From Promethearchaeia archaeon (GTDB lineage: Archaea; Asgardarchaeota; Lokiarchaeia; Sigyniarchaeales; SOKP01), in contig JAHQWL010000083.1 in assembly GCA_029856155.1 (NCBI GenBank), forward strand, positions 1-64,000: a stretch of 64,000 bases of DNA, written 5' to 3'. Below, piece by piece: positions 1-8,526 of this stretch. The stretch's first letter is position 1, and every line of letters begins with the position of its first letter. The translations under genes and the position numbers were made by a program. Below the pieces are notes generated by a model, which had not been told where the DNA came from, did no database searches, and saw only the letters and a list, made by a program, of their open reading frames with translations.

Positions 1-39
1 AAATATTATCCTATAAAAATATAAGATTATTAGATAAAT

Positions 40-969
40 ATGCCAATAAACTCTCAAAAAATTGACGTTCACCATCACATTGTACCTAAAGAATATCTTA
101 CAGCTTTAGCCTCAATAGGCATCAAAAATGCTGTTGGTGAACCATTCCCTCAGTGGGATATTGAAAACACTCTTGCTTTTATGGATAGGCAAGGGATAGC
201 TATAGCAATTAATTCAATTTCTGCACCAGGTATTTATTTTGGAGATAATGATTTTACTCAAAAGCTAGCACGCAAATGTAACGAAATCTCTGCTCATATG
301 GTGAATGAATACCCAAATCGCTTTGGTGCGTTTGCTATTTTACCCCTACCAGATATAGAGGCATCCATAGTTGAATTGGAGTATGCCCTAGATACCTTAA
401 AACTAGATGGGGTGGTTCTACTTACAAATTTTGGAGGTATATACATCGGAGATGCCCATTATGATGATCTTTTTTATGAGCTAAACCGCAGGAAAGCTGT
501 GGTTTTTGTACATCCAAGTGTGCCTCCTTTAGATACATTACCCATGATAATAAAACCCGCAGTTTTAGAATTCGTTTTTGATACTACAAGAGCAATTGTT
601 AATCTTATACATAGAGGAGCAACAAAACGTTTTCCGGATATAAATTTTATATTTTCGCATGGAGGAGGAACTGTTCCCTTTATAACTTGGAGAATTACTT
701 TTGGAAATAAAAAGATAATTAATCAGTTAAAACGCTTCTATTATGATACGGCAGTGTCAGCAACCCCCTATACATTAAGTTCCCTGCTGAGTTTAGTGGA
801 ACCAACGCAAGTATTATATGGGAGTGATTATCCATTTTTACCAGAAAGGGTTGTAAAACTAATGAATGAAGGTCTTCAAAATCATAATTTTGAAAGAGAA
901 GCCCTCACGAAAATTGTCCAGCAAAATGCTGTTTCTTTATTTCCAAGGTTTAAGGAAATAATGTTTTAA
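40..969 (+). CDS. Amidohydrolase-family (ACMSD / 6-methylsalicylate decarboxylase-like) metal-dependent enzyme
   Basis: N-terminal IDVHHH metal motif, VFVHP, FSHGGGTVPF, YYDTA and LYGSDYPF motifs of Amidohydro_2. Confidence 0.85.
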   Translation: MPINSQKIDVHHHIVPKEYLTALASIGIKNAVGEPFPQWDIENTLAFMDRQGIAIAINSISAPGIYFGDNDFTQKLARKCNEISAHMVNEYPNRFGAFAILPLPDIEASIVELEYALDTLKLDGVVLLTNFGGIYIGDAHYDDLFYELNRRKAVVFVHPSVPPLDTLPMIIKPAVLEFVFDTTRAIVNLIHRGATKRFPDINFIFSHGGGTVPFITWRITFGNKKIINQLKRFYYDTAVSATPYTLSSLLSLVEPTQVLYGSDYPFLPERVVKLMNEGLQNHNFEREALTKIVQQNAVSLFPRFKEIMF

Positions 970-1009
970 AAATTTTAAAAAAATTTCAAGATTCTTTTAA
1001 TGGGGGATT

Positions 1010-1078
1010 GGAAGCGGAAAGGAGTGATAAGGTTTGAGATGAGAAAGGATTGGAGTACGTTCTAGAGTAGAATTTATT
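1010..1078 (+). repeat. Dispersed intergenic repeat, copy 1
   Basis: GGAAGCGGAAAGGAGTGATAAGGTTTGAGATGAGAAAGGATTGGAGTACGTTCTAGAGTAGAATTTATT; aligns with copies at 2581, 2946, 7011, 8428. Confidence 0.85.
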
Positions 1079-1096
1079 GCTTTAGTTTATTTAACG

Positions 1097-1759
1097 TTAA
1101 AACATGGGTACAGCGGCCACAGAAGCAGCAGCTTGTTTCCGTCCCCTTATTATTTGTTCTATAGCTTTAATTATATTCAAGATTATATATCGTGCATTAG
1201 GTGCGTAATATGGGGAATAAAGAAGTTCTTTAATCCTTTTCCTAACCTGCGTTCTAAATTTTCTAATAAAATATATTTTGAATAAACTGCATACCTTCAT
1301 TAGACTCAACAAACATAGCAATTCAATACCAGGGCTCATATTATTTATTACAACTTTTTTTATTTGGTCTAACAATAAATTCTTAATTTCTGGTTTTCCT
1401 AGATAGTATCTCCGTTTCTTAAATCCGCAAATTAGAATTCCTTGATTTTCTAATCGTTGAAAAATGTATTGAGAAAATTTTCCATAGAAATGTGAAACTC
1501 TATTTATCCAAGTTTTCAATTTTAATGGTCTTTTCGAGCGATATAAGAAAACCAGAATTTTATCTAGATATGGATATCCACTAGTATCATAATCTAAAAT
1601 TCTTGATTTTTTCCCATAAATAGAAAGTCTCCCTCTAAGATATAAATCTAAAATCATAGCTCCTGCCAATCCTAAATCTTTAGTAGCACGTCCTCTGGAA
1701 AAAATTTTACCTTTACACCCATCAAGAAGCATTAATATATACATTTCTGAAATAAGCAT
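1097..1759 (-). CDS. GOLPH3/Vps74 (GPP34) family protein
   Basis: LISEMYILMLLD start, LGLAGAMILDLYLRGRL motif, LENQGIL, Ala-rich C-terminus typical of GPP34 family. Confidence 0.75.
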   Translation of the reverse strand: MLISEMYILMLLDGCKGKIFSRGRATKDLGLAGAMILDLYLRGRLSIYGKKSRILDYDTSGYPYLDKILVFLYRSKRPLKLKTWINRVSHFYGKFSQYIFQRLENQGILICGFKKRRYYLGKPEIKNLLLDQIKKVVINNMSPGIELLCLLSLMKVCSLFKIYFIRKFRTQVRKRIKELLYSPYYAPNARYIILNIIKAIEQIIRGRKQAAASVAAVPMF

Positions 1760-1817
1760 GCTAAATTACCCTCGTTACAAATACAATTTAAATTTAAATT
1801 AAATCAAAGTGATAATA

Positions 1818-1894
1818 TTATGTTCACAATTAATTAATAAATGTACAATATTTAAATATTAGCATGTACTTATGTACATATAATGTGAACATAA
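1818..1894. promoter_or_regulatory. Operator-like inverted repeat in divergent promoter
   Basis: Perfect 11-bp inverted repeat TTATGTTCACA (1818-1828) / TGTGAACATAA (1884-1894) enclosing three ATGTAC motifs and the palindrome AATATTTAAATATT. Confidence 0.55.
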
Positions 1895-1923
1895 CAATAT
1901 AAAGATAGAGAAATAGAATTTAA

Positions 1924-2538
1924 ATGAATAATATAAATAATCAGATTGGCAAGAATAACGCATCTGAGAAGGTTCATATCCATACAACAATCCCAAAGCA
2001 AAGTAAAGAACTTATCGATAAATATTCTGATATGGAAGATAGAGAAGGGAATAAAGTTTTTGGTAAGAAAACTAAAGTCATTGAAAGAGCATTGCAGTTA
2101 CTAGATAATTACTATAATCCGAAAGAAAACGATATCGATATAATATGGTGTAGAGCCCGAAAAGAATTAAATATGGTATTAGTAGGTAAAACTACTTTTC
2201 TTTCTTACATTTCAGGGAATACAAAAAAAGCATATACAGAGAATATCGCTGTTGAAGCTGTTGAATGGTATAATGGTAAAAGAATGGAAGACATGGATTT
2301 AGAGGAATTTTTAAAGGGTTTGAAGGGTATGTGGTTTACAGCTAATTACTTTAGAAAAATTGATCTAATTAAATATGATGAGGGGGCTATACAAATGACG
2401 TTTAGTCATGATTTAACAAGAGATTATGGTAAATATTGGGCAGAGTATTTTATAACTTTATTAGAAAATAATTGGCATTGCTCTGTACAAAAATCAATAC
2501 GAAATGAATCATTTTATTTAATTATTAAGCAAGAATAA
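1924..2538 (+). CDS. Putative ribbon-helix-helix regulator with C-terminal V4R-like/ligand-binding domain
   Basis: N-terminal VHIHTTIPKQSKELID...KTKVIERALQLLD has the RHH strand-helix-helix pattern; C-terminal assignment tentative. Confidence 0.5.
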   Translation: MNNINNQIGKNNASEKVHIHTTIPKQSKELIDKYSDMEDREGNKVFGKKTKVIERALQLLDNYYNPKENDIDIIWCRARKELNMVLVGKTTFLSYISGNTKKAYTENIAVEAVEWYNGKRMEDMDLEEFLKGLKGMWFTANYFRKIDLIKYDEGAIQMTFSHDLTRDYGKYWAEYFITLLENNWHCSVQKSIRNESFYLIIKQE

Positions 2539-2580
2539 TGATTCTTATCGTTCCAATTTAGTTTTTATACCCGACCATTC

Positions 2581-2660
2581 GGAATGTGAAAAGGAGCAGT
2601 AAGGTTTGAGATGAGAAGTAATTAAAAGGAGTATGTTCTAGAGCAAAGATTTTTATTTTT
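2581..2660 (+). repeat. Dispersed intergenic repeat, copy 2
   Basis: GGAATGTGAAAAGGAGCAGTAAGGTTTGAGATGAGAA...AAGGAGTATGTTCTAGAGCAAAGATTTTTATTTTT; shares TAAGGTTTGAGATGAGAA exactly with copy 1. Confidence 0.85.
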
Positions 2661-2708
2661 CTTGTCTTTCTTCGTTCATGGTGATCTGTCTTACCGGAGA
2701 GTACGATT

Positions 2709-2933
2709 ATGAAATTGAAATTAACCCGTTCTCGGAAAGTGGGGCTGGTACTTCTTTCTGCGGGGGTGTTGTTGATATTCCAGTTTGCGATTTTTGGAGG
2801 GCTCTGGTTGGATTTTGCTGTTCCACGCGATGTTCAGGCGTGTTCTTGGATTTTGCTCTATGTTGGGATTATGTTGATACTTTGTGGGCTCTGTGTTTTT
2901 ATATGGGCAGAGTTGAAGCACAGCGACGAATAG
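2709..2933 (+). CDS. Small two-TM membrane protein (74 aa)
   Basis: Two hydrophobic helices, basic N-terminus, GGAGAG upstream; fills the interval between repeat copies 2 and 3. Confidence 0.6.
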   Translation: MKLKLTRSRKVGLVLLSAGVLLIFQFAIFGGLWLDFAVPRDVQACSWILLYVGIMLILCGLCVFIWAELKHSDE

Positions 2934-2945
2934 TAAGTAATTGTT

Positions 2946-3000
2946 GGTTTGAGGTGATAAGGGTTGGATGGAGCATTTTCTAGAACTAGATTTTACTTTT
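2946..3000 (+). repeat. Dispersed intergenic repeat, copy 3
   Basis: GGTTTGAGGTGATAAGGGTTGGATGGAGCATTTTCTAGAACTAGATTTTACTTTT. Confidence 0.75.
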
Positions 3001-3016
3001 GTTTTCTAAAAATAAA

Positions 3017-3358
3017 TTATGTCATTTGTTTAAATAACGCTTGAAATTCTTCTTTCACATCATTTAAACCTAAATTTCCAAGCAGATCAATGGATTTTTT
3101 ACTAAGAGAATAAAAAGAGCGAGGTTCAGAACGTTTGTATCCCATTCTTTTTTCATTTTTAATAAAATTTTTTTCTTTAAGGATTTTAAGATGATAATTC
3201 AGAGTATTCTCTGGAATGGAAGGTAAAAGTTCCCTTAATCGACTGAATGAGAGAGATTTTTCACTAGCTAATAAAGTTAGGAGTATCTTATATCGTGTTT
3301 TTTCTGATATGATTTCCAATTCTTTCCTCATATTTTCAAGGTTTTTGGGAGTATCCAA
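3017..3358 (-). CDS. ArsR-type winged HTH transcriptional regulator
   Basis: TRYKILLTL...LSFSRL...NTLNYHLKILKEKNFI...FYSLS pattern. Confidence 0.8.
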   Translation of the reverse strand: MDTPKNLENMRKELEIISEKTRYKILLTLLASEKSLSFSRLRELLPSIPENTLNYHLKILKEKNFIKNEKRMGYKRSEPRSFYSLSKKSIDLLGNLGLNDVKEEFQALFKQMT

Positions 3359-3531
3359 AACTTCTTCACTCTTATTATTTATATTTTATATTTCATCTAA
3401 TTCCAAATTAAATATGCAAAATCAGTTATTTAAATTTAACTCAAAATTAATTGAGTCAATTATTATTGGTATATAATAATTTATACCATAAATGAATTTC
3501 TAAATTATTTTATATTTATTGGGAGTAGAGA

Positions 3532-4023
3532 ATGCAGTTTTCACACGATCATGCGTGGGACGAATTTTTAGATGAATTTACTAATATTTTTTCAGTTTAC
3601 GATCTGAAGAAAAACAAGATCTTTATTTGTGGTTCATATAATGAAGAAACTTTCACTACTCTTCAAGAAGTACAAAAGATTGTAAATTCTATTGAGAAGA
3701 ACCTAGGGTTTTTTGAAAATGAATTTAGACGTACCCATCTTGAGAATTTAATTTTTAAATTTGATCTTATTGCTAAATTTTCGAATGAAATCATCATGAT
3801 TATAGAACACGATAAAGGAGGTCATATGATCGAAATGGGAATTATCCTCTCCTTTAGAGAATTTTCTAAAAAGACAAAGGTATTCGTATTAAGAGATGCG
3901 GAAATTACGGAAGTGCTTAAAAGAGGAGGTTTATTAAAACCTTTTTTTAAGGAAGAAGAAAGTTTATTTTACTTTGAAACTATTGACACATTAAAATCAT
4001 ATTTAAATAAGTTATATTCTTAA
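3532..4023 (+). CDS. Nucleoside 2-deoxyribosyltransferase-like (TIR/NDT fold) protein
   Basis: KIFICGS first strand; IIMIIE...GGHMIEMGII resembles the NDT GT.FE.G catalytic-Glu motif. Confidence 0.45.
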   Translation: MQFSHDHAWDEFLDEFTNIFSVYDLKKNKIFICGSYNEETFTTLQEVQKIVNSIEKNLGFFENEFRRTHLENLIFKFDLIAKFSNEIIMIIEHDKGGHMIEMGIILSFREFSKKTKVFVLRDAEITEVLKRGGLLKPFFKEEESLFYFETIDTLKSYLNKLYS

Positions 4024-4280
4024 GATTCAAAAACCGCCACTCTCAACAGCACGAGTGTGAGGTGTTGAAAGAGGAACCTAACACACATAACCCACTTAAA
4101 ATAAATAAAGAATAAAAATTCCTAACCAAATCGCCTTATACCTTATCCTCCTTTTAAAGGAAAAGGAATATTTTATTCTTATTTTATTTCTTTCAGGTTT
4201 TATAAAATAGTAGGGATAATTTTTTGGAGATCTTTTTAATAATTATCTTTTTATGAATATAGTATATAACAAATTGTATT

Positions 4281-4320
4281 AAGAAGTAAATCTCTTGAGC
4301 AGAGATTTTTACTCTTTTTA
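4281..4320 (+). repeat. Dispersed intergenic repeat, partial copy (3' half)
   Basis: AAGAAGTAAATCTCTTGAGCAGAGATTTTTACTCTTTTTA matches the 3' half of copies 2 and 4; contains perfect dyad AAATCTCT-TGAGC-AGAGATTT. Confidence 0.55.
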
Positions 4321-4382
4321 TTCTTTTTAGGTTGGGAAATAGAAATGGGTTTAAGGTATGATGTATTATTAAAAGTAATTAT

Positions 4383-4456
4383 GGGGTGGTAGTCCAGCTT
4401 GGTAGGATTCCTGGTTCGGGATCAGGAGGTCGAGGGTTCAAGTCCCTCCTACCCCA
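4383..4456 (+). tRNA. tRNA-Pro(CGG), intronless, CCA not encoded
   Basis: GGGGTGG/CTACCCC acceptor stem, CCTGG-TTCGGGA-TCAGG anticodon arm, GAGGG-TTCAAGT-CCCTC T arm. Confidence 0.95.
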
Positions 4457-4613
4457 GAGTGGAGTGTGTTTTAGACCAAAATTTTACCATTTTTAAAAAT
4501 TTTTAAATTATTATGGAAAGATTTCCGGTACTTGTCTTGATCCAACACCCACTTAGGGTGTTAGTAAACGATTATAAACAACATAAAAATTTTCGAAAAA
4601 GATTCGACGTAGA

Positions 4614-4712
4614 TTAACCGATCATTTGCGTACCTCGAATGACATAAATAACACCAATAATTATAATAACCATTGCGACCATAGCAATCAATATTCTGGC
4701 AATTTTCTTCAT
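4614..4712 (-). CDS. Putative 32-aa single-TM microprotein (MKKIARILIAMVAMVIIIIGVIYVIRGTQMIG)
   Basis: Read by hand; strong Shine-Dalgarno GGAGGTGA just upstream (4717-4724, - strand). Confidence 0.5.
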   Translation of the reverse strand: MKKIARILIAMVAMVIIIIGVIYVIRGTQMIG

Positions 4713-4962
4713 TAGATTCACCTCCTCTTTATTATAAAATTTCACAAAATAACTTTAAATATCACATTCTCTTAATGATATAAATATTTTATGCTCAATA
4801 TTTAGAACATAAGTTTCCAGTACATTAAAAAAAGCCAGAAAATTTGTAGATGTAATGTTAGATATATTAGTGTGACTTTTTCCAGCATGAACCTCAAAAT
4901 TTATAGAAATATAGAGTTATGAGCACAAAAGCTTAAAAAGAGCATTATCCTACAATTTCATT

Positions 4963-5505
4963 GTGAGACTTCGAAATTATGTGGGAGTTATTGGATTTGT
5001 GGTATTCATCGCGTTTATATCTAGTACAAGTTTATATATCCCAGCAGGCATCGTACCGATTGCTTTTTGGGAGTATCCCGTTTTCATAATAGTAGCTTTG
5101 ATTGGAACTTTCTTTCTTAATACATTTATTGAATATGGTGTTCTTTATGACATTTCGAGGTCGCATGATGTAAATAAACGAGAATTATTGCTATCTGTAA
5201 TAGTAGTGAACCTTATCACATTTCCAGCTGCCCACTTAACATTATATTTTTCATTAGCATTTACAGTAATTTTCTTATTATATTTTGGAGTAGTAATTGA
5301 AATTATGGTGATAATTATTGAGTGGATATTGTATCGATGGGAATTTCAAAAGCTTTTGTCAGAAACGCCTTCAAAAAAAACCCCCTCATCAAAAACCGTA
5401 TTATCAATATCAGCAATCATAAATATTTTATCGTTTTTAATAATTGGGATAATTGATTCTTATCTGATAAATGTCTACTTCATGTTTGGTATGAGGTATT
5501 TTTAA
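4963..5505 (+). CDS. Multi-pass membrane protein, unknown function
   Basis: About 5 hydrophobic segments; FIE..., NLIT.P and IE..V..IE motifs. Confidence 0.7.
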   Translation: MRLRNYVGVIGFVVFIAFISSTSLYIPAGIVPIAFWEYPVFIIVALIGTFFLNTFIEYGVLYDISRSHDVNKRELLLSVIVVNLITFPAAHLTLYFSLAFTVIFLLYFGVVIEIMVIIIEWILYRWEFQKLLSETPSKKTPSSKTVLSISAIINILSFLIIGIIDSYLINVYFMFGMRYF

Positions 5506-5609
5506 TACTTTTATTATAAGCATCCATTCCTCTTTTATTGCAGATTATTAAAATAGAAATTTGGGATAACATTTAACTATATAAAAATCCAGTATTTTTT
5601 TTCTTAGAT

Positions 5610-6887
5610 TTAATTTATTTCCCTAGTATAACCATGTCGCTTTATAATAATAATCAATGAAATCACAGAAATTGAGAAGCAGATAACAAATAATATGATA
5701 TAAAATGTCCATAATTTCTCATTAGTGAGTGATTTTCCATTACTTTCTGGATTTTTTAGTAAAAAATGATCAGATAATAGATAGATATTATTACTTGAGT
5801 CAATATCGATTGCTATTAAATCTTCATCATCTGAACCACCCCAAGTTAAATACCAATCAACATTTCCGGAGCTATTAATCTTTACAACGTATATGTCATA
5901 ATTATGGTGGTCTTCTGGGATGCTTATAATCGTACCAGCATAAATATTATCAAAAGAATCAAATCCTATATTAATTGACCAATAAAATTCTATATGATGT
6001 TCCCATACCCATTTTAAATCACCCAAATTATCATATTTCACTAGATATGATCTTTTTCCAACAATTATATTATCCGAAGAATCCACTGCTAGATTATAAT
6101 AACCCCTTTGTTCACTAATGATTTCCCACTTCAAAATCCCAGACTGATTATAGCATCTTATCCAATTAGAAGAATTGCCTTGTATATAATAAAAACCTGA
6201 AACTATTATATTGCTATTTGAATCAATCTCCATATCCCTTCCCTCATAATCTCCATCTATTTCTCCATAAAGATGAAACCATTGTTGATCCCCAGAACTA
6301 TTATATTTTGCTATAAATAAATCAAATTTAAATGCTTCGACTAAATCTGAAGTACCATAAATATATATGTTATCTTCTGAATCAACAGCAACATCATTAA
6401 TATCTCCATTAATTCCTCCATCCCATGTTTTTTGCCACTTTAAATCCCCAGAAGAATTGAATTTAAACAATATCATGTTTGGTACTATTGTTCGGTTTTC
6501 ATACATACTTGCTAAATATAAGTTAGATTTTGAATCCACAGCAATCGCAGAATAGTCCAATCTTAATCCCTCTAAATTGAAACTCCATAATTGATCTCCA
6601 GTACTGTTGTACTTTAATACTATTAGATCTCCATAGTACCAATAACCCATACTGGAATAGTAATTTTCAGCTGCCATGACATAAATACAATCATTTAAAT
6701 CAATAACCATGTCTAATCCAAAAAATTCAAAAGCAATTTCCCATGATTCGTCTAATTCATTAGTTTTAATCTTTAAATTATTGTTTTTATTATTCTGGTG
6801 ATCAAACCTGGATAATTTAAATTGAGGCAAAGAGCTAAAAAGCAAACTAATTACTAATCCTAATAGAATATAGGTTTTTTTTTTCAA
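5610..6887 (-). CDS. Secreted, C-terminally anchored SBBP-repeat beta-propeller protein
   Basis: Signal peptide, repeated IAVDSxxNIY / KYNSSGDxxW units, C-terminal TM helix plus basic tail. Confidence 0.85.
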   Translation of the reverse strand: MKKKTYILLGLVISLLFSSLPQFKLSRFDHQNNKNNNLKIKTNELDESWEIAFEFFGLDMVIDLNDCIYVMAAENYYSSMGYWYYGDLIVLKYNSTGDQLWSFNLEGLRLDYSAIAVDSKSNLYLASMYENRTIVPNMILFKFNSSGDLKWQKTWDGGINGDINDVAVDSEDNIYIYGTSDLVEAFKFDLFIAKYNSSGDQQWFHLYGEIDGDYEGRDMEIDSNSNIIVSGFYYIQGNSSNWIRCYNQSGILKWEIISEQRGYYNLAVDSSDNIIVGKRSYLVKYDNLGDLKWVWEHHIEFYWSINIGFDSFDNIYAGTIISIPEDHHNYDIYVVKINSSGNVDWYLTWGGSDDEDLIAIDIDSSNNIYLLSDHFLLKNPESNGKSLTNEKLWTFYIILFVICFSISVISLIIIIKRHGYTREIN

Positions 6888-7010
6888 TTTTCTAAATAGA
6901 TCTTCTATTCTCTATGAATAATTTTTACAGTTGTCCATATAATTATTTGGATTTTAAATTCATTAAATTTTGAATAAACTGACAATTTATAGATCAGACT
7001 TAGTTTGTGA

Positions 7011-7100
7011 GGGATGCGTAAAAGAATGGTAAGGTTTAATGATGGTTAATTTGAGATGAGAAAGGATGGAGGATATTCTTGAGTAGAGATTTTTTATTTT
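7011..7100 (+). repeat. Dispersed intergenic repeat, copy 4
   Basis: GGGATGCGTAAAAGAATGGTAAGGTTT...TTTGAGATGAGAAAGGATGGAGGATATTCTTGAGTAGAGATTTTTTATTTT; TTTGAGATGAGAAAGGAT identical to copy 1. Confidence 0.85.
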
Positions 7101-7198
7101 TAACTTTTTTTCTTATATAGAAAGATTTTATAAATTTCCATTCTTAATTATATACACTAGGGCATTCTAATTTTAGAAAATAATATAATTTAAAGTAG

Positions 7199-7837
7199 AT
7201 GGGTGAAATAATGTCTAAAGAAGGTAGTGAGAGAATTAGTTGGAGTACGAAAGGTGTGTGGTATGAGGCATGCGCCTCTGAGGGGTTGTGTTCATTTTAT
7301 TTTGGGAGAGACAGAGAAACTCCGTGTAAATCATTTCAGTTGTTCCAATATGATGAGGGAAAAATAGGCGATGTAGATATTAGTGGAGTCTTGGCTATTA
7401 ATGTAATTGATTTCTATTCTAATAAAGCTGCTGATGTTCTGCCTAAAGGTGGAGAGGGAGGGCTATACATTAGTGATAAAACTACTAAAGAACAGAGGAG
7501 GTATTTAGAACCTTTATTTATCAACAATATTTCTGGTGGGGTACTTTTAAAAAAGATCTTAGGAATAAAATATGTTGATATTAACTTAAGTCAAGAAGGT
7601 AATACTTACCATATTACTATGCCTTATGGAGAAATGAAATTATCCTATGCTCCAGGACTTGATGGGAAAAATCCTCAAAAACTTCAAAATTCTCTTTTTG
7701 GTATGTTCCTCTCAGATTTCAAAATTTGTAATACTCATTTTTGGAAATATAATGATTTTGGAAAAAAATGGGAGTTTAAGAATAGAAGTGGGATGATTGC
7801 GGCTTTTGACACACAGGGTAAGTCAAGGAAATTCTAG
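7199..7837 (+). CDS. DUF1326-family protein
   Basis: W..KG.WYEAC...C, DEGKIGDVDISG, LYISDK.T.EQR..LE pattern; true start may be 7211. Confidence 0.65.
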   Translation: MGEIMSKEGSERISWSTKGVWYEACASEGLCSFYFGRDRETPCKSFQLFQYDEGKIGDVDISGVLAINVIDFYSNKAADVLPKGGEGGLYISDKTTKEQRRYLEPLFINNISGGVLLKKILGIKYVDINLSQEGNTYHITMPYGEMKLSYAPGLDGKNPQKLQNSLFGMFLSDFKICNTHFWKYNDFGKKWEFKNRSGMIAAFDTQGKSRKF

Positions 7838-7908
7838 ATACTATATTTTTTCTCTTTTTTTCATAACAAATCCAAAAGAATTAGTTTCTTCAGAAATTAT
7901 TGTTTATT

Positions 7909-8394
7909 ATGAAAATTTTAATTGCATATTTTACAATGGGAGGAAGAACAAAAAAAACAGCAGAAGCTATCGCGAGTGCTCTAGCTACTCATGAAGTGAG
8001 TTTCTTTCCAATCGAAATAACCGGGAAATTTATTGAAAAGATAAAACTGTTAGACCAGTTCGAAAAAAAAGATTTTTCAAAAATAGAAACGGAATTGAAT
8101 ACTCTTCATGCGGCGAGTTATGATTTAATTATGGTCGGTATGCCCACATATGGAAATTTTCCACCAAAAGCTTTTGATGAAATCTTAGCGAGAATGGAAA
8201 ATCTTAGTGGAAAAAAAGCAATCGTATTCAATACAGCTCGTTTTACTGGTGGAAAAGCATTAGAATATATGAAAACAAAAGTCGAAGAAGCAGGAGCTGA
8301 AGTAATCGACCAAAGAAAATTTAGAAAAGTATTGTGGATCGGAACAAAAAATGCTAATAAATTTGGCAAACAACTCAATGAAAGATTAGAGTAA
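7909..8394 (+). CDS. Flavodoxin-like protein
   Basis: MKILIAYFTMGGRTKKTAEAIA FMN loop, YDLIMVGMPTY, LSGKKAIVFNT; ATG at 7909 preferred over GTG-type upstream extension of the track ORF (7900). Confidence 0.85.
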   Translation: MKILIAYFTMGGRTKKTAEAIASALATHEVSFFPIEITGKFIEKIKLLDQFEKKDFSKIETELNTLHAASYDLIMVGMPTYGNFPPKAFDEILARMENLSGKKAIVFNTARFTGGKALEYMKTKVEEAGAEVIDQRKFRKVLWIGTKNANKFGKQLNERLE

Positions 8395-8427
8395 GAATTT
8401 CAAAGCGTACGAGGATATAAAGTATCT

Positions 8428-8493
8428 GGAGCGGTAAGGATTGGGTGATTTGAGTTGAGTTAATAAGGAATATAGTTATGAGTAAAAATCTTT
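8428..8493 (+). repeat. Dispersed intergenic repeat, copy 5 (diverged)
   Basis: GGAGCGGTAAGG...TTTGAGTTGAG...AAGGAATATAGTTATGAGTAAAAATCTTT. Confidence 0.6.
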
Positions 8494-8526
8494 CAAGCAT
8501 TTGGATTTTCTAAAATAGCTTGAAAA

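Noticed and set aside
2678-2983. 101-aa alternative ORF (and antisense 2721-2921)
   Set aside because: Overlaps the better-supported 74-aa TM ORF and runs into repeat copy 3.
4383-4456. tRNA-Pro as attachment site of an integrated element
   Set aside because: No duplicated tRNA 3' end and no integrase seen in the window.
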